Shown here piece after piece: positions 9,354 to 18,390 of a DNA stretch of 64,000 nt (positions are counted from its first letter, which is position 1; each line of letters opens with the position of its first letter). The stretch comes from a virus: positions 32,001 to 96,000 of the IMG/VR virus record IMGVR_UViG_3300045922_000293; one strand, given 5' to 3'. A model generated the notes under the pieces. That model was given only the letters and a program-made list of their open reading frames with translations. It was not told the origin of the DNA and did not search any database. A program made the position numbers and the translations under genes.

Positions 9354-10391
9354 GTGAAGACCATGAAGAACGAAGCGAGTGGATTTCAGGAGTATGTTGT
9401 AAAGCTCAAGTTTTTGATTCAAGACTTGGGGGTTTTAAATGAAGGATCCATTGTCTATTACAACCCTAAAACGGGAGCCGCAGAGTACAATGGTAATTCT
9501 GTTGAGCGCCTTCCCTCTCTTCGGACCGCGATTGCTTCCGGCTGGCTCTGCGAGAAGAGTAAAGCTAATCTCCCCACTCAGGTTGTGCATGTGGGTGCGA
9601 ACGGGGAGCAGTATAAGGTCCATCGTGAGCATCAGCGGGTAGGGTCAACCCGCCGAGAGACCCGCGTGAAGAATGGGGTGGAGGAGCAGGATCTTCAAGA
9701 GGTTCAGGGCGTGCAAATCTTCTCGAAGGCGAACGCGGGCAATATCAATCTGGCCGACTCTGGGATGTCAACGTTCAAACGCGATCAGGCCAACGCCGCT
9801 GCCGCCCGTTTGAAGAATGCCCAACCGCCCATTCCCAAGATTATTTATACTGAGGGCGTGTCGATTGAGGATACGAGCAATGTTCGCAATCTTCAAAAAG
9901 ATGCGACTTATGTGGAGGGTGTGACGATTCATAACACCTCGGGCACGATGCGCCGCTCTGCTGCGCCGTCCAGCCCTGATTATTGGGATGGAGGCAGCGC
10001 CCGTGATGTCGTAGGTACCGTATCTAGGGGAAAGTTTACCCCTAAGTATGCGGTAGAAGCCCCCCCTGAAGACGATCAAGAAGACAAAGGTTCTTTTGAG
10101 GAAGAGATAAAGGCCCCTGAGCCATCTTCTTATCTCAGCTCTGAAGATCTTGAAGACAGGATGGGGATCATTCTCGCCGCGCTCCCGAATGCACATCTTG
10201 AGGATGTGAAGCTCAAGGTGGCTATTTTGCGCGCTCTTGTGCCCGGCTTCCCCGAGTGGGATGCAAGGGTTCACTGGAAGACGAAGGTGAAGGAGTATCA
10301 TAACTCAATTGAGGGGTATCCCGAGCGCGTTGCCGCGCTGCGGGTGATTGAGCCCGCGAAGTTTTGGGACAAGGTCGAAAAGGGATTTTAA
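9354..10391 (+). CDS. Hypothetical protein
   Basis: 345-aa ORF in operon context, with a short internal repeat (YTEGVSIEDTS/YVEGVTIHNTS). Confidence 0.7.
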   Translation: MKTMKNEASGFQEYVVKLKFLIQDLGVLNEGSIVYYNPKTGAAEYNGNSVERLPSLRTAIASGWLCEKSKANLPTQVVHVGANGEQYKVHREHQRVGSTRRETRVKNGVEEQDLQEVQGVQIFSKANAGNINLADSGMSTFKRDQANAAAARLKNAQPPIPKIIYTEGVSIEDTSNVRNLQKDATYVEGVTIHNTSGTMRRSAAPSSPDYWDGGSARDVVGTVSRGKFTPKYAVEAPPEDDQEDKGSFEEEIKAPEPSSYLSSEDLEDRMGIILAALPNAHLEDVKLKVAILRALVPGFPEWDARVHWKTKVKEYHNSIEGYPERVAALRVIEPAKFWDKVEKGF

Positions 10392-10394
10392 AGG

Positions 10395-11000
10395 ATGAAA
10401 AAGCGTTCACGTGTTATTGACGCGCCTGTTGAGCGTCAGAAATTAGAGATGATGTTGCAGATCATCTTAGATGCTCATGAACACACGGTTCAGTTGATGA
10501 ATCATGTGGACGCTATTTCAGATAAGATCGAGAAGAGTGACCACAAAGATCATTTTTATGCTGAAGCGGGGGATGTGATCGTACAGAGCCCCCGTTTTCT
10601 GCAAGATCTTCGTGGATGTATTAGCGCCCTTGAAGTCATGATTCTTGACACCCTTCGCCCCCATGCCCGCGAGTCCATGCCAAGATTACACAGGGATCGA
10701 TGGAAAAAGCTACATAATAAAAAATCACATTCACATCTGCCCGGGGATCCATTCAAATCAAATCAACTCCCAAATAACAGGACAGTTGCGGAGAAATTCT
10801 ATTTCAACACGCTTAATGACGGGGGGTCATCTGTACAGGATGAATCCATGCGGTCCCCCGATGAATCCATTTATGAACAGTCAAGCGCCTATAGTTTAGC
10901 TAAAGACCAATCACGATCCCATTCAGATTGGCGTGACTGGTCAGAATTGAACGTGTCTTATAATCCATCCACCTCTATCCCAAAGAATATAAGACGATGA
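10395..11000 (+). CDS. Hypothetical protein
   Basis: Tightly coupled ORF with no recognisable family. Confidence 0.65.
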   Translation: MKKRSRVIDAPVERQKLEMMLQIILDAHEHTVQLMNHVDAISDKIEKSDHKDHFYAEAGDVIVQSPRFLQDLRGCISALEVMILDTLRPHARESMPRLHRDRWKKLHNKKSHSHLPGDPFKSNQLPNNRTVAEKFYFNTLNDGGSSVQDESMRSPDESIYEQSSAYSLAKDQSRSHSDWRDWSELNVSYNPSTSIPKNIRR

Positions 11001-11392
11001 AGCATACTTTAGCCTGTACCTTTTGTGGGTCTTCTCAAACCCTTCATATGAGGGTACAAGAATTTAATGAGGTCAAAGAATCCGGCATTCCGTGTGTGGC
11101 CTGCCAAGCAGGTAGATGCTACCCCGTATTTAAGCCTCGCGCTTTGAGCATAGGCATGGTGGGCGATGCATGGTCGGATAAGAATTTAAAAGAGAAGGAA
11201 TATAGAGCACAACGATCATCTTATCTGGGAAAGAAGCAGCGGGATAGTCATTTTGTGCCTACGCTACAGCCTAATTATAACGGTGAAGAGACGGGAACCT
11301 GGCGTGATGCAATGGAAGTTGCTTCAAAAGACGATAAAGATATCACGGGTTATGTGCCGCTTGTAGCGAAAGAGGGGGATGCATCATCATGA
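10997..11392 (+). CDS. Zinc-ribbon (FmdB-like) protein
   Basis: N-terminal CTFC...CVAC; ATGA-coupled. Confidence 0.65.
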   Translation: MKHTLACTFCGSSQTLHMRVQEFNEVKESGIPCVACQAGRCYPVFKPRALSIGMVGDAWSDKNLKEKEYRAQRSSYLGKKQRDSHFVPTLQPNYNGEETGTWRDAMEVASKDDKDITGYVPLVAKEGDASS

Positions 11393-12030
11393 CACAGCAG
11401 CGTTTCATGAGCCTGTACAGACGATCCGAGGGCTTAATAGACTTACTAATTCCTGATCGTCTTGATCTCACAACGGGAACAGAATACGCCGAATCTTATG
11501 ATATTCTTCATGCTCCTAATTGGGATCAAGCTTTTGTACCATTAGAGCAGGGGGTCATATGCGGGATCGGGTTCACATCCCCAAGTGTCCCCTATGCCCA
11601 ACGTCTTACGGCGGGGGGTGGTGCTCCTTTTCGCGGGAAGACGCGTGTGGTCTTGGTTTTAGAGGATTATGCACTTTTAGAGAATGATCTTCAATTTTTT
11701 CAAATCCAAGCAAATTACCCTACACAACCCCCTGATTTAAGTCCTATTCATGTGATTGCTACGTCTAATCAGTATAGGGTCAGAAATGCGGGGCTTGTGT
11801 TAAGTGGTGCCGTCTCCGCCCCCACGGTTTTGGAATTGCCTGCATTGTGCTCAGGGGGTCAGTTTCTCGTGACCGCCGGAACGGCTTTGGCTCAATTTGG
11901 TAAGGGGGCTGGCGTGGTCACCATTTCATCGGGGGTGTTTTATAGTAATTTCGGGGGTCAATTCTCTCAAATGACTTTAGACGGGGGTGCGACTTTATCC
12001 GCATCACTTGTGATGAATCCTTTAAAGTGA
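11389..12030 (+). CDS. Putative virion protein
   Basis: Beta-rich composition, structural gene neighbourhood. Confidence 0.55.
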   Translation: MTQQRFMSLYRRSEGLIDLLIPDRLDLTTGTEYAESYDILHAPNWDQAFVPLEQGVICGIGFTSPSVPYAQRLTAGGGAPFRGKTRVVLVLEDYALLENDLQFFQIQANYPTQPPDLSPIHVIATSNQYRVRNAGLVLSGAVSAPTVLELPALCSGGQFLVTAGTALAQFGKGAGVVTISSGVFYSNFGGQFSQMTLDGGATLSASLVMNPLK

Positions 12031-12032
12031 GG

Positions 12033-12042
12033 ATCTTTTAAT
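12033..12042 (+). promoter_or_regulatory. Candidate late-promoter motif ATCTTTTAAT
   Basis: Recurrent motif upstream of ORF 12127. It also forms an inverted repeat with taaaagat (12053-12060). Confidence 0.55.
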
Positions 12043-12126
12043 TTAGTGTGAGTAAAAGATCGTGATTTCTTTAAGTAGACTTGTTTTGTAGACGCGTTCT
12101 ATAACGTTCCTAAAGAGAGTGGTATC

Positions 12127-12753
12127 ATGGCAAAGCTCAGGCTTATTCACACCCGCACTTCCCCAAGCGTGGTTTATTTGACAGACGTGGACAGCGGGCT
12201 CTCGAATGAGTCGATGCCTGCTCGTCTTTTGAAGCAAGATGTGTACATCCCGTTTAATCTTACAAATCTTGTAGGCACAGGACCTGTTCTGCGTGTTATG
12301 GATCCCACGACCCCTGGGTTTGTGGATCTTGTTCTGTCTGATAAGGTTGTGTTATCTTACGATCGGGGCGTGATCAGGTCGCATGTCGATAACGGGTTGT
12401 TGCAAGATGTGCTGTTGCCTGAGGGTTTTGATGATACCGTGACTGTTGCAACAGCGACGCATGATACGGATACAGATGCGACAAGCGCCGTGGATGATGG
12501 CCTGATTACGATTACAGGCACAAACTTTGTGTCCACCGCACCTTTTCATACTTCCGTAACCATTGTGGCAGGCACGGTGTCCCAGACGTTTACGCAGGAC
12601 GCCATTGTTCTAGGGGGTGGCACGGTGACGGCGACCCAGATTACGATCCCCGTGGCAGTCCACGGTCTGGCAACGGACGGTACGGAGGACGCTACGAGCG
12701 TGACGGTATCCGCGAATGCTCAGAATGTGACATTAGCTGTGACTGTGATTTAA
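12127..12753 (+). CDS. Putative virion protein with Thr/Val-rich Ig-like C-terminal domain
   Basis: C-terminal ITITGTNF...VTVSAN pattern. N-terminal domain is paralogous to ORF 12801. Confidence 0.6.
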   Translation: MAKLRLIHTRTSPSVVYLTDVDSGLSNESMPARLLKQDVYIPFNLTNLVGTGPVLRVMDPTTPGFVDLVLSDKVVLSYDRGVIRSHVDNGLLQDVLLPEGFDDTVTVATATHDTDTDATSAVDDGLITITGTNFVSTAPFHTSVTIVAGTVSQTFTQDAIVLGGGTVTATQITIPVAVHGLATDGTEDATSVTVSANAQNVTLAVTVI

Positions 12754-12800
12754 CAGGTCTTTGATGTAGGAAAATCGGATAGACAAGAGGAGATTTCAAA

Positions 12801-13214
12801 ATGGCTCGTATTACCGTAATTGATAGTGATGTAAAGGCAAGTATTTATCTTCAGGATCTTGAGCGCAGGCAGCGTCAGACGATCTTCCCCCCGGGGCAGG
12901 ATCAATATATCCGCCCTATTGATCTTGCTGCACTTCAGGCAAAGCTCGATGCGTTGGGCAGTGCAGTGCTAGCAGCGGCCTTTGTTGCTGCGACCGTGGA
13001 TGTGGATGATATCAGTCTTGCGACCCTTGAGGCTGAGGCAGGTGTTGTGTTGACCCCTGAGCAAGCCCAAGAGCTTCAAGATGTGCTCAGTGCTCGCATC
13101 GTTGAGACGGGGAATTTTCTTCTATCCTTTGATCGTGGTCAGATTTCAAAACTCATTGAGCAGGGCACAGTCAAGGTCTTCACCGAGAACGGATCGGGTC
13201 TTTTTGTGCTTTGA
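12801..13214 (+). CDS. Putative virion protein (paralog of ORF 12127 N-domain)
   Basis: GAGGAG SD; shared YLxD, QDxYI and LS(Y/F)DRGxI motifs. Confidence 0.6.
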   Translation: MARITVIDSDVKASIYLQDLERRQRQTIFPPGQDQYIRPIDLAALQAKLDALGSAVLAAAFVAATVDVDDISLATLEAEAGVVLTPEQAQELQDVLSARIVETGNFLLSFDRGQISKLIEQGTVKVFTENGSGLFVL

Positions 13215-13378
13215 TGACCCTCCCCTCCCGCGATATTCATGAGGGAGGGAATGTGTGCAATCGTATCCCTCTCGCTTTCATACTAGTTCCTTAACTTTTT
13301 GCCAATGTGTCTCTTGATCTTCCCTTGGATATGAAGGCTATAAGGGTAGTCACGTAAGACGATTAAGAGGTTGAAAAG

Positions 13379-13627
13379 ATGTCTATGTCAAAGCGCGTAG
13401 CGCGGTTATATTTGAAGCGTGCTTACGAGGCACGAGGCGCTCTTGAGAAGGTCATCGGCAAAATGGTATCACGCCAATATGGTTTGACGGATCAGCCTCA
13501 GGAATTTTTTGACGATGTGAAGCAGATCGTTTATGATACGCTGGGTACACAAGATATTGATCTATCTGATCCTATGGTGTATGATGATATTCAGCGTGCT
13601 ATTGTTGAAGTGCTTAATCAGGACTGA
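13379..13627 (+). CDS. Small hypothetical protein, possible internal head protein
   Basis: GAGG SD; N-terminal SKRVARLYL motif. Confidence 0.6.
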   Translation: MSMSKRVARLYLKRAYEARGALEKVIGKMVSRQYGLTDQPQEFFDDVKQIVYDTLGTQDIDLSDPMVYDDIQRAIVEVLNQD

Positions 13628-13678
13628 TTCACCTCCTCAAGAGGCGTCCATGGTGTAGAAAAAACCCGAAAGTGTGAT

Positions 13679-13729
13679 ATAAGGGCGTTTAGGTCAGGGG
13701 GAATAATCCCGAATCCTAAGCGCCCTTAT
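13679..13729 (+). promoter_or_regulatory. 15-bp stem hairpin upstream of the IntC gene
   Basis: ataagggcgtttagg pairs with cctaagcgcccttat (one G-U), ending just before the GAGG SD. Confidence 0.5.
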
Positions 13730-13749
13730 TTCGATGAGGTCAAACGATC

Positions 13750-14376
13750 ATGAGTCTTACTAAAGAGCAACGTGACAAGATCAACAAGGCTTTTTGGACA
13801 AAGTCTTTGAAGGTCAGATCCGCGACGAAAGACGGCGTGAAATGGATGCTTGTCAAGGATATCATGCGTCATGAAACACTACACAAGCCCCTTGTAAGGG
13901 TGTCCCTACGTGACGGGCGTCGCGTGACCTGTACACACGATCACAGCCTTATTTCACCGGATCTGACACCTCTCCAAGCCTCAACTGCGAGGGTAGGGGA
14001 TTACATTTTAGCGACCATGCCTGATGGTTTTCTGGGCTCGTGTAGGATTGTGAGTGTAGAATCTGTGAATCCGCACTTCTTCACCTATGATCTTTGTGTG
14101 CCGGGTCCAGAGAATTTCATCTTATCCAATGGGATTGTGGCACACAATTCATACTCCATTGGGGGTATTAGTTTAGATTTGAACAAATCTTCTCAATATG
14201 AAAGTTTGAAGGGGAATGCGGAGCAGCAGCTTGATAAGATGCTTGAGTCTAAGAGCCGCACTGTGAAGATCATGCGTGGCTTGAAGCAGAGTCGCTACGG
14301 AATTGGAGTGAGATCAGCTTTTGGCCCCGCGCTCAGTGGAGGCAACATCACCCCAAGAAAGTACTTAGGATTTTAA
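13750..14376 (+). CDS. Split-intein C-precursor: 133-aa IntC plus 75-aa C-extein of a putative neck/head-tail protein
   Basis: Block B VTCTHDHSL, block F TYDLCVPGPENF and block G GIVAHN|S. IntC spans 13750-14148. No block A at the N-terminus. Confidence 0.85.
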   Translation: MSLTKEQRDKINKAFWTKSLKVRSATKDGVKWMLVKDIMRHETLHKPLVRVSLRDGRRVTCTHDHSLISPDLTPLQASTARVGDYILATMPDGFLGSCRIVSVESVNPHFFTYDLCVPGPENFILSNGIVAHNSYSIGGISLDLNKSSQYESLKGNAEQQLDKMLESKSRTVKIMRGLKQSRYGIGVRSAFGPALSGGNITPRKYLGF

Positions 14377-14385
14377 ACTTTTTAT
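14376..14385 (+). promoter_or_regulatory. Variant late-promoter motif AACTTTTTAT before the IntN gene
   Basis: One mismatch to ATCTTTTWAT, in the 41-bp gap. Confidence 0.35.
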
Positions 14386-14417
14386 GGCATTTCTAACAAA
14401 AAGCAAGGTGTGGGGTC

Positions 14418-15188
14418 ATGTCAGCAGTCTTCGTCAGGGGTAGCGCGATAGGCAGGGGGGATTTAGAGTTGTTTACAGTAGACAACGCGAATTTGCCTGC
14501 GAATGTGTTTGAAATCAGCTACGCCATTTATGATGTGACTACGGGGGTTGAGGTCTTGATAGGGTCAAGTGCCCGCACCCCTATCAATCCCGATGTAGGG
14601 GAATATTACGCCGCGCTTGAAATCCCCGCAAATGCGAGGACAGGCCTTTATCGCATAAGGTGGCGTTTGCGTGAAACCGCGACGGCTACAGAGATCGTGG
14701 TCGTGGAAGAATTCACGGTATTAGAAAATCAAACCGTGAATCCTTTAAGTTTGTATTCCCCTATTACCTTGGACATGGTGAGAAGGCTTCGTATTTTGCT
14801 CCGAGATAACTCTCCCGACAGAAATTATCGGTTCAGACCCCCAACGCATGAAGAGACAATCAATCGTTTTAATCGCGTGTTTGGTTATATTTGGGAGGAT
14901 TATGAGCTGGTGGAGTATATGGAGCGCGGGGTTGACTTTGTGAATCTAAGCCCCCCCGAAACACATTTTAATACAATTGATCTTATGGTACAAGCGAAGC
15001 CTGCGTGGCGTCAAATGATCCTCATGGCGGCGATGGCCCATGCCCTGATGGCCTTGAGTATCAATTGGGTATCCGAAGAGTTTTCGTTGATTGGGAGTGA
15101 AGAGATTGACATAGATGTGGACGGGGAGATCATTCGGTGTAGGCTTGATGATCTCTTTGATGCTGTATATTCACATGAAGATGCTTAA
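14418..15188 (+). CDS. Split-intein N-precursor: 222-aa N-extein of putative neck/head-tail protein plus 34-aa IntN
   Basis: The C-terminal SLIGSEEIDIDVDGEIIRCRLDDLF (from 15084) matches intein block A and the following segment. RRLRILLRD...YELVEYM resembles head-tail adaptors. Confidence 0.8.
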   Translation: MSAVFVRGSAIGRGDLELFTVDNANLPANVFEISYAIYDVTTGVEVLIGSSARTPINPDVGEYYAALEIPANARTGLYRIRWRLRETATATEIVVVEEFTVLENQTVNPLSLYSPITLDMVRRLRILLRDNSPDRNYRFRPPTHEETINRFNRVFGYIWEDYELVEYMERGVDFVNLSPPETHFNTIDLMVQAKPAWRQMILMAAMAHALMALSINWVSEEFSLIGSEEIDIDVDGEIIRCRLDDLFDAVYSHEDA

Positions 15189-15344
15189 ATGAAGGGTTTA
15201 GATCCCCATGCAAAGATCATCCTAGCTAACATGTTCCATATGAAGATGGCCTCTCTTAGCTCCCCCCTGAATTGGCTCAGCCTTCACGTCCCCTCTCCGC
15301 TCCCGTGGTCCCCGCGCGCATTCTTTCTCTCAAGAGTGAGGTAG
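15189..15344 (+). CDS. Possible small ORF (51 aa, MKGLDPHAKIILANMF...)
   Basis: ATG immediately follows the previous stop and the ORF fills the gap before the helicase. No other support. Confidence 0.3.
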   Translation: MKGLDPHAKIILANMFHMKMASLSSPLNWLSLHVPSPLPWSPRAFFLSRVR

Positions 15345-15351
15345 TTGTAAG

Positions 15352-18300
15352 ATGGATAAGAAAAAGAACCCCAATTTTGATAAAACCTTGTTGCTTCAAT
15401 TAAGGAGGGCGTTTGGGCCTAGATTCATGCCTTTCTTTGAAATGTACACCAATCTTTATATAATGGGCACGGGCGTAACGCCTGTGCCTGAGAATTTACT
15501 ACAAGAGATGCGTGGCACGTTTAGAAGGCTATCGCGCATGATCGAGAGTGAGATCGCGCGAGACGCAATTCTTGATAGTATTCAACAGATGGGACCTTCT
15601 CTCAAACGTCTTCAGCAGGGACAAGATTTCCCCATGATTTGGCGCACGGTATCACGTCAAATGGGGGCTATTATCTCTGAGGTGGCAAAAGATCGCGGTA
15701 TTTATGTCAAGCCCCGTCGCATCCACCCAGATGGTTGGGTACGTTATCAGCGCATGACAAAAGAGGAGACGTCGCTTGAAAAGCTCAAGGATAGTGATCC
15801 CGAAGCCTATGCGCGTGTTCTTGAGTTGCGTAAATTGCAAAAGGCGATTGCAGAGCAGATTAAGGCCAAGATTGAGGATTCGGGCCTTGTTCCCGTCCGC
15901 AAAAAATATTTAGGCAAGGTCGTTTGGGCCGCTGTGACACCTCAAGGTGAAGAGTTGGTGTACGATGATGACGGCGATGTCCTCCCCGTTGAAGCCTTTC
16001 TGGAGAAGCGTGAGGGTCACCTCAAGAGTATAAAGGCACTGAGCCGCACCGTGAAGGTAGACCTTGAGGATATGCGTTCTATGGATGATGCCGCCTTAGA
16101 GGCTTTAGAGGGTGAGGTCGTGTACACCGCGCTGACGGATGACAAGGCGAAGCAGAACGCGTTGACCCGTATTTATCCTGTCAAAGAGGTAGGATCGCGT
16201 AAGATGATCGTGGAAGGTCGTTTCAAGGGCATTTACCTAGATGAGATGATTAATGTTGTAGGCCGTCAGATTGAGGGTGTAGCCTATGATTTCGATCCCA
16301 AGACGGGTATCCCCCGCGCCCTGGAGTCGAGGGCTTCTGGTCAGCTTGAGATTAGTACGGTCAAGGAGCCTTATGTGACAGTGGGCGATGATGGTAGGCT
16401 CTTTTTGAAGCTCCCCAGCACGCATGAATTCTCTGCCCTCCGTAAGCGCATGACCGAATTGGCCCGTATCAATAGTGGTGTAGAGAAGGTTGCGGGCGTT
16501 CGCAGCTCTCAATTTTTCTTTGAGCCCAAAGATCTAGCCAGCGTGCGTGAGGCTTTGGGGTCTATGGCTTTGAGTACATCTGCGGCGGAGGCGGTGGACC
16601 GTTATTTCCGAACTATTGCACGTCATGAGCTCGCGACAACGGAGGAGAATCTTGCGCGATTTAGTGCAGAGCGTTTGGGTGGTTTTAAAAAGGGTCGTGA
16701 CCTGTATAGCGTTCAAAAGAAGGCTCTCGCTTGGGCTGCCGCCCGTCAGGGATCCGGCGTTTTAGCTTTAGGGACTGGGGTGGGGAAGACAAGCTGCGGG
16801 ATCGCTGCTTTTAAAAGTGCAATGAACGATCAGGAGGAGATGCAAGAGCCCTTTAGGGGCTTGTATGTGTGCCCTACAACGTTGACAGGCAACCTTCCAT
16901 CTGAAGCCTATCAGTTCATGGAGGACCCCAAAGAGTTTCTTGAAAATATTGATGTGTTGAGCTATACACAATTCACCAAGGCAGTCAAGAAAGACCCTAA
17001 CTTTATGCAACGCTATACGATCGTCATTTTTGACGAAGCACAGGAGTTGTCTGGGGGAAGTTCTGAGGCGGCGAAAGCCGCCAGCCGCCCTCACCCTCGT
17101 AAGCTGTTCATGACGGCCTCGCCGATGGAGCGCCGCCCCGCAGAGGTCTACACGTTGGCGGCTTTGGCAAATAATGAGGACGTCACGAGTAAGGAGTTTA
17201 GGCGTAATCGCAGGCTGTTCGAGGCGCGCTTTTGTGAGGAGATCGGCGGACGTTTTGTGTCCGTGAAAAATGATCCTGTGACGCAGAATGATATGCGCAC
17301 ATGGGTACGTCAAAACATCTTCCATACAGATAAGGCACAGGTTGAGGAGTATGTGCTCCCTGATGTTGTTAGAGGCAATACTTCGATTCACATGCACCCT
17401 GATGTGCAGATCGCGTATCGTGAGGTCACATCTAAGATCCGCCTTCATATGCAAGGCCTTGTGGAGAAGTTTAGGGATCAGAAAAGTACCGTGAGATCCC
17501 GTGATAAGATCGTAACTTCTGCCCGCACGAAGTTGGGTCCTGAGTTCAAGAAACTCATGCTTCTTGCGAATCTACCTGATAAAGTCATCCCTGGCGTTCC
17601 GAATCCAAAGATTCAACAGTCAATCCGAATCGTAGAAGAGCGGATTGAGAAGAGTGATCGTGTGATCTTTTTCACCGATCTTCCTGAAATGGCGGAGGAG
17701 AATGCCAAGCGTCTTAGTATGGAGTACCCGGGTACGCTCCATGCGTGCTGTCTCTCAAGCAAGATCTATCTCTATCGTAATGGTGAGATTGATCAGACGT
17801 TTAGGAAAAAAGCCTATAAGTCAAGCACCCGATCCTATGCGGCGGATGAATGGCAAATGTATGTGATGCATGAATACATCAAGCCTAACACGTTTGATGT
17901 GCTTACCGCTAGCCTTACGGCGTCTTATGCGAAGGGTCATAATTTACAGGAGTTCACCACGATCGTTCACCTTGATCGGGATTCTTGGAATGCTGAAATG
18001 ATGCAACAGCGTGAGGCTCGTAGCTGGCGTCAGGGCCAAAAAACATCAGTGGACTGCATCACCCTTGATGTGGTATATAGTGAGACGGCGGATGATTATG
18101 ATCGCACACTGGATGAGATCATGCGATTCAGTCAGGAGATGGAGGAGCAGTTGTTTAATGATATTATCGTCGCAAGTCAGACCCAAGCGCTTGGTGAAGA
18201 GTATTTCACGATGGAGCAGGAGACGACTACGAAGTATCAGGCGCAGCGCAAGATCATGGAGATGTCACTTTCCCCGTATGCGACGAATCATGCTAGGGCC

Positions 18301-18375
18301 GTGGAGGATTCTAACAACGGGGCCATGGTAGAGGAGGAGGATTTCACGGATCTTAACTTTCCTTTATTTGCCTAA
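15352..18375 (+). CDS. SF2/SNF2-like helicase with long N-terminal extension
   Basis: YSVQ (Q motif), GTGVGKT, FDEAQ, MTASP, GHNLQ, WN...QREARSWRQGQ. Confidence 0.85.
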   Translation: MDKKKNPNFDKTLLLQLRRAFGPRFMPFFEMYTNLYIMGTGVTPVPENLLQEMRGTFRRLSRMIESEIARDAILDSIQQMGPSLKRLQQGQDFPMIWRTVSRQMGAIISEVAKDRGIYVKPRRIHPDGWVRYQRMTKEETSLEKLKDSDPEAYARVLELRKLQKAIAEQIKAKIEDSGLVPVRKKYLGKVVWAAVTPQGEELVYDDDGDVLPVEAFLEKREGHLKSIKALSRTVKVDLEDMRSMDDAALEALEGEVVYTALTDDKAKQNALTRIYPVKEVGSRKMIVEGRFKGIYLDEMINVVGRQIEGVAYDFDPKTGIPRALESRASGQLEISTVKEPYVTVGDDGRLFLKLPSTHEFSALRKRMTELARINSGVEKVAGVRSSQFFFEPKDLASVREALGSMALSTSAAEAVDRYFRTIARHELATTEENLARFSAERLGGFKKGRDLYSVQKKALAWAAARQGSGVLALGTGVGKTSCGIAAFKSAMNDQEEMQEPFRGLYVCPTTLTGNLPSEAYQFMEDPKEFLENIDVLSYTQFTKAVKKDPNFMQRYTIVIFDEAQELSGGSSEAAKAASRPHPRKLFMTASPMERRPAEVYTLAALANNEDVTSKEFRRNRRLFEARFCEEIGGRFVSVKNDPVTQNDMRTWVRQNIFHTDKAQVEEYVLPDVVRGNTSIHMHPDVQIAYREVTSKIRLHMQGLVEKFRDQKSTVRSRDKIVTSARTKLGPEFKKLMLLANLPDKVIPGVPNPKIQQSIRIVEERIEKSDRVIFFTDLPEMAEENAKRLSMEYPGTLHACCLSSKIYLYRNGEIDQTFRKKAYKSSTRSYAADEWQMYVMHEYIKPNTFDVLTASLTASYAKGHNLQEFTTIVHLDRDSWNAEMMQQREARSWRQGQKTSVDCITLDVVYSETADDYDRTLDEIMRFSQEMEEQLFNDIIVASQTQALGEEYFTMEQETTTKYQAQRKIMEMSLSPYATNHARAVEDSNNGAMVEEEDFTDLNFPLFA

Positions 18376-18390
18376 CGCAAAGATGGTGGG

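Noticed and set aside
13750-14376. Degenerate cis-intein pseudogene or stand-alone Hint autoprocessing domain
   Set aside because: It has its own SD and ATG with intact blocks B, F and G, and the missing block A is found at the end of the next gene. Trans-splicing explains both observations better, though it is untested.
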